Shown piece after piece: positions 63,371 to 64,000 of a stretch of 64,000 bases of DNA. The position numbers were made by a program, and so were the translations under genes. Source of the DNA: Arcobacteraceae bacterium (lineage in GTDB: Bacteria > Campylobacterota > Campylobacteria > Campylobacterales > Arcobacteraceae); contig CBDCZH010000013.1 of assembly GCA_965224485.1 (NCBI GenBank), forward strand, positions 64,001 through 128,000, written 5' to 3'. Under the pieces are notes generated by a model. That model made no database searches and was not told where the DNA came from. It saw only the letters and a list, made by a program, of their open reading frames with translations. Positions within the stretch are counted from its first letter, which is position 1; each line of letters begins with the position of its first letter.

Positions 63371-64000
63371 ATTGATTTTAACCAACGCTTTAAGAAATCT
63401 TCTCTTTTGTATATTTTTGCCCCTAATTTTATTTTATATTCTAAACAAGCATGACCTAGGTTCCAAAAATCATAAGAATTCTTCTCTAAGTATTTAGCTA
63501 ATAAAACTAATTGCAGTTTTCCCCAGTTATTATATTTTTTATCAAAAGTTCTAAACCCACTTAAACTTGTATACGTTTTTCCAATTATATAACCAATTTC
63601 ACCAGCTATTAGCTCCTTAGAGCAATTATTTAATTCTATGCTTATTAGTTCAAAATTATCTTGTTTATCATCTCTAATCTCTCTTAATGTGTTTATATAG
63701 CTAGTATTTAACCATGATTGTATGTGATAAGTATTTATTTTTTCTAAAACAGCGTCAAAATTTTTATTAATAGTAAAAGTATATTCTTCTTTTTTTAAGA
63801 GTTTAGTTACTTTTTTTGAAATATGTAAATCTTTAAAATCTAAGAGTGCATAGGTAAATTGTATTTCAGGAAGTAGAAGTACTTCATTAGTAGAGCTATA
63901 CGTAGTTGTAGATATAAAACCAGCTTTTGCTAATGAGATATAAAAACTAGCAGAAAAATCATCAGAATAATAATAGTTTTCTTCTTGATTTATATAAATA
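63367..64000 (-). CDS. Leucyl/phenylalanyl-tRNA-protein transferase-like protein (partial, runs off right edge)
   Basis: Manual translation: LAKAGFI, LLLPEIQ, LHISKKV, LIAGEIGY, YTSLSGF, WGKLQL, FWNLGH, REDFLKRW. Confidence 0.6.
   Translation of the reverse strand, partial: IYINQEENYYYSDDFSASFYISLAKAGFISTTTYSSTNEVLLLPEIQFTYALLDFKDLHISKKVTKLLKKEEYTFTINKNFDAVLEKINTYHIQSWLNTSYINTLREIRDDKQDNFELISIELNNCSKELIAGEIGYIIGKTYTSLSGFRTFDKKYNNWGKLQLVLLAKYLEKNSYDFWNLGHACLEYKIKLGAKIYKREDFLKRWLKSI

Overview
AT-rich chromosomal window; gene content, RBS style and protein families point to Campylobacterota, probably Arcobacteraceae (inference). Left to right: a phosphate uptake locus (psiE-like, phoU, pstB, pstA, pstC, an EAL-CBS-GGDEF protein, pstS) with two matching Pho-box-like repeats and a GC-rich 54-bp REP-like tandem array between pstA and pstB. 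Then an amino-acid ABC transporter and housekeeping genes (prfA, rpsT, glmM, lspA, leuC, mobA, a Tat-exported SQR-like flavoprotein, thrS-infC-rpmI-rplT), followed by a DUF3373-like outer-membrane protein paired with an atypical cytochrome-c-like protein. A compact, divergently transcribed aryl-polyene-type type II PKS/FAS cluster with an MIO ammonia-lyase spans 27.3-39.7 kb. After cdsA-dxr...tsaD-nnr-cutA-thiG comes an 8-tRNA cluster split by a 9.1-kb element integrated at tRNA-Leu(TAG). The element carries an IS30-interrupted integrase, a C-protein-controlled type II R-M system with a frameshifted endonuclease, a plasmid-type primase-like Rep and a second tyrosine recombinase. The right end holds a frameshifted alanine symporter, a two-component system, a PAS protein, a frameshifted ankyrin protein and a partial Aat-like gene. 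Best leads: the integrated plasmid-like R-M island, the minimal aryl-polyene-like cluster, and three small intergenic inserts (54-bp array, heptamer tracts, 83-bp insert duplicating the tsaD start). All product calls rest on motif recognition, without database searches.
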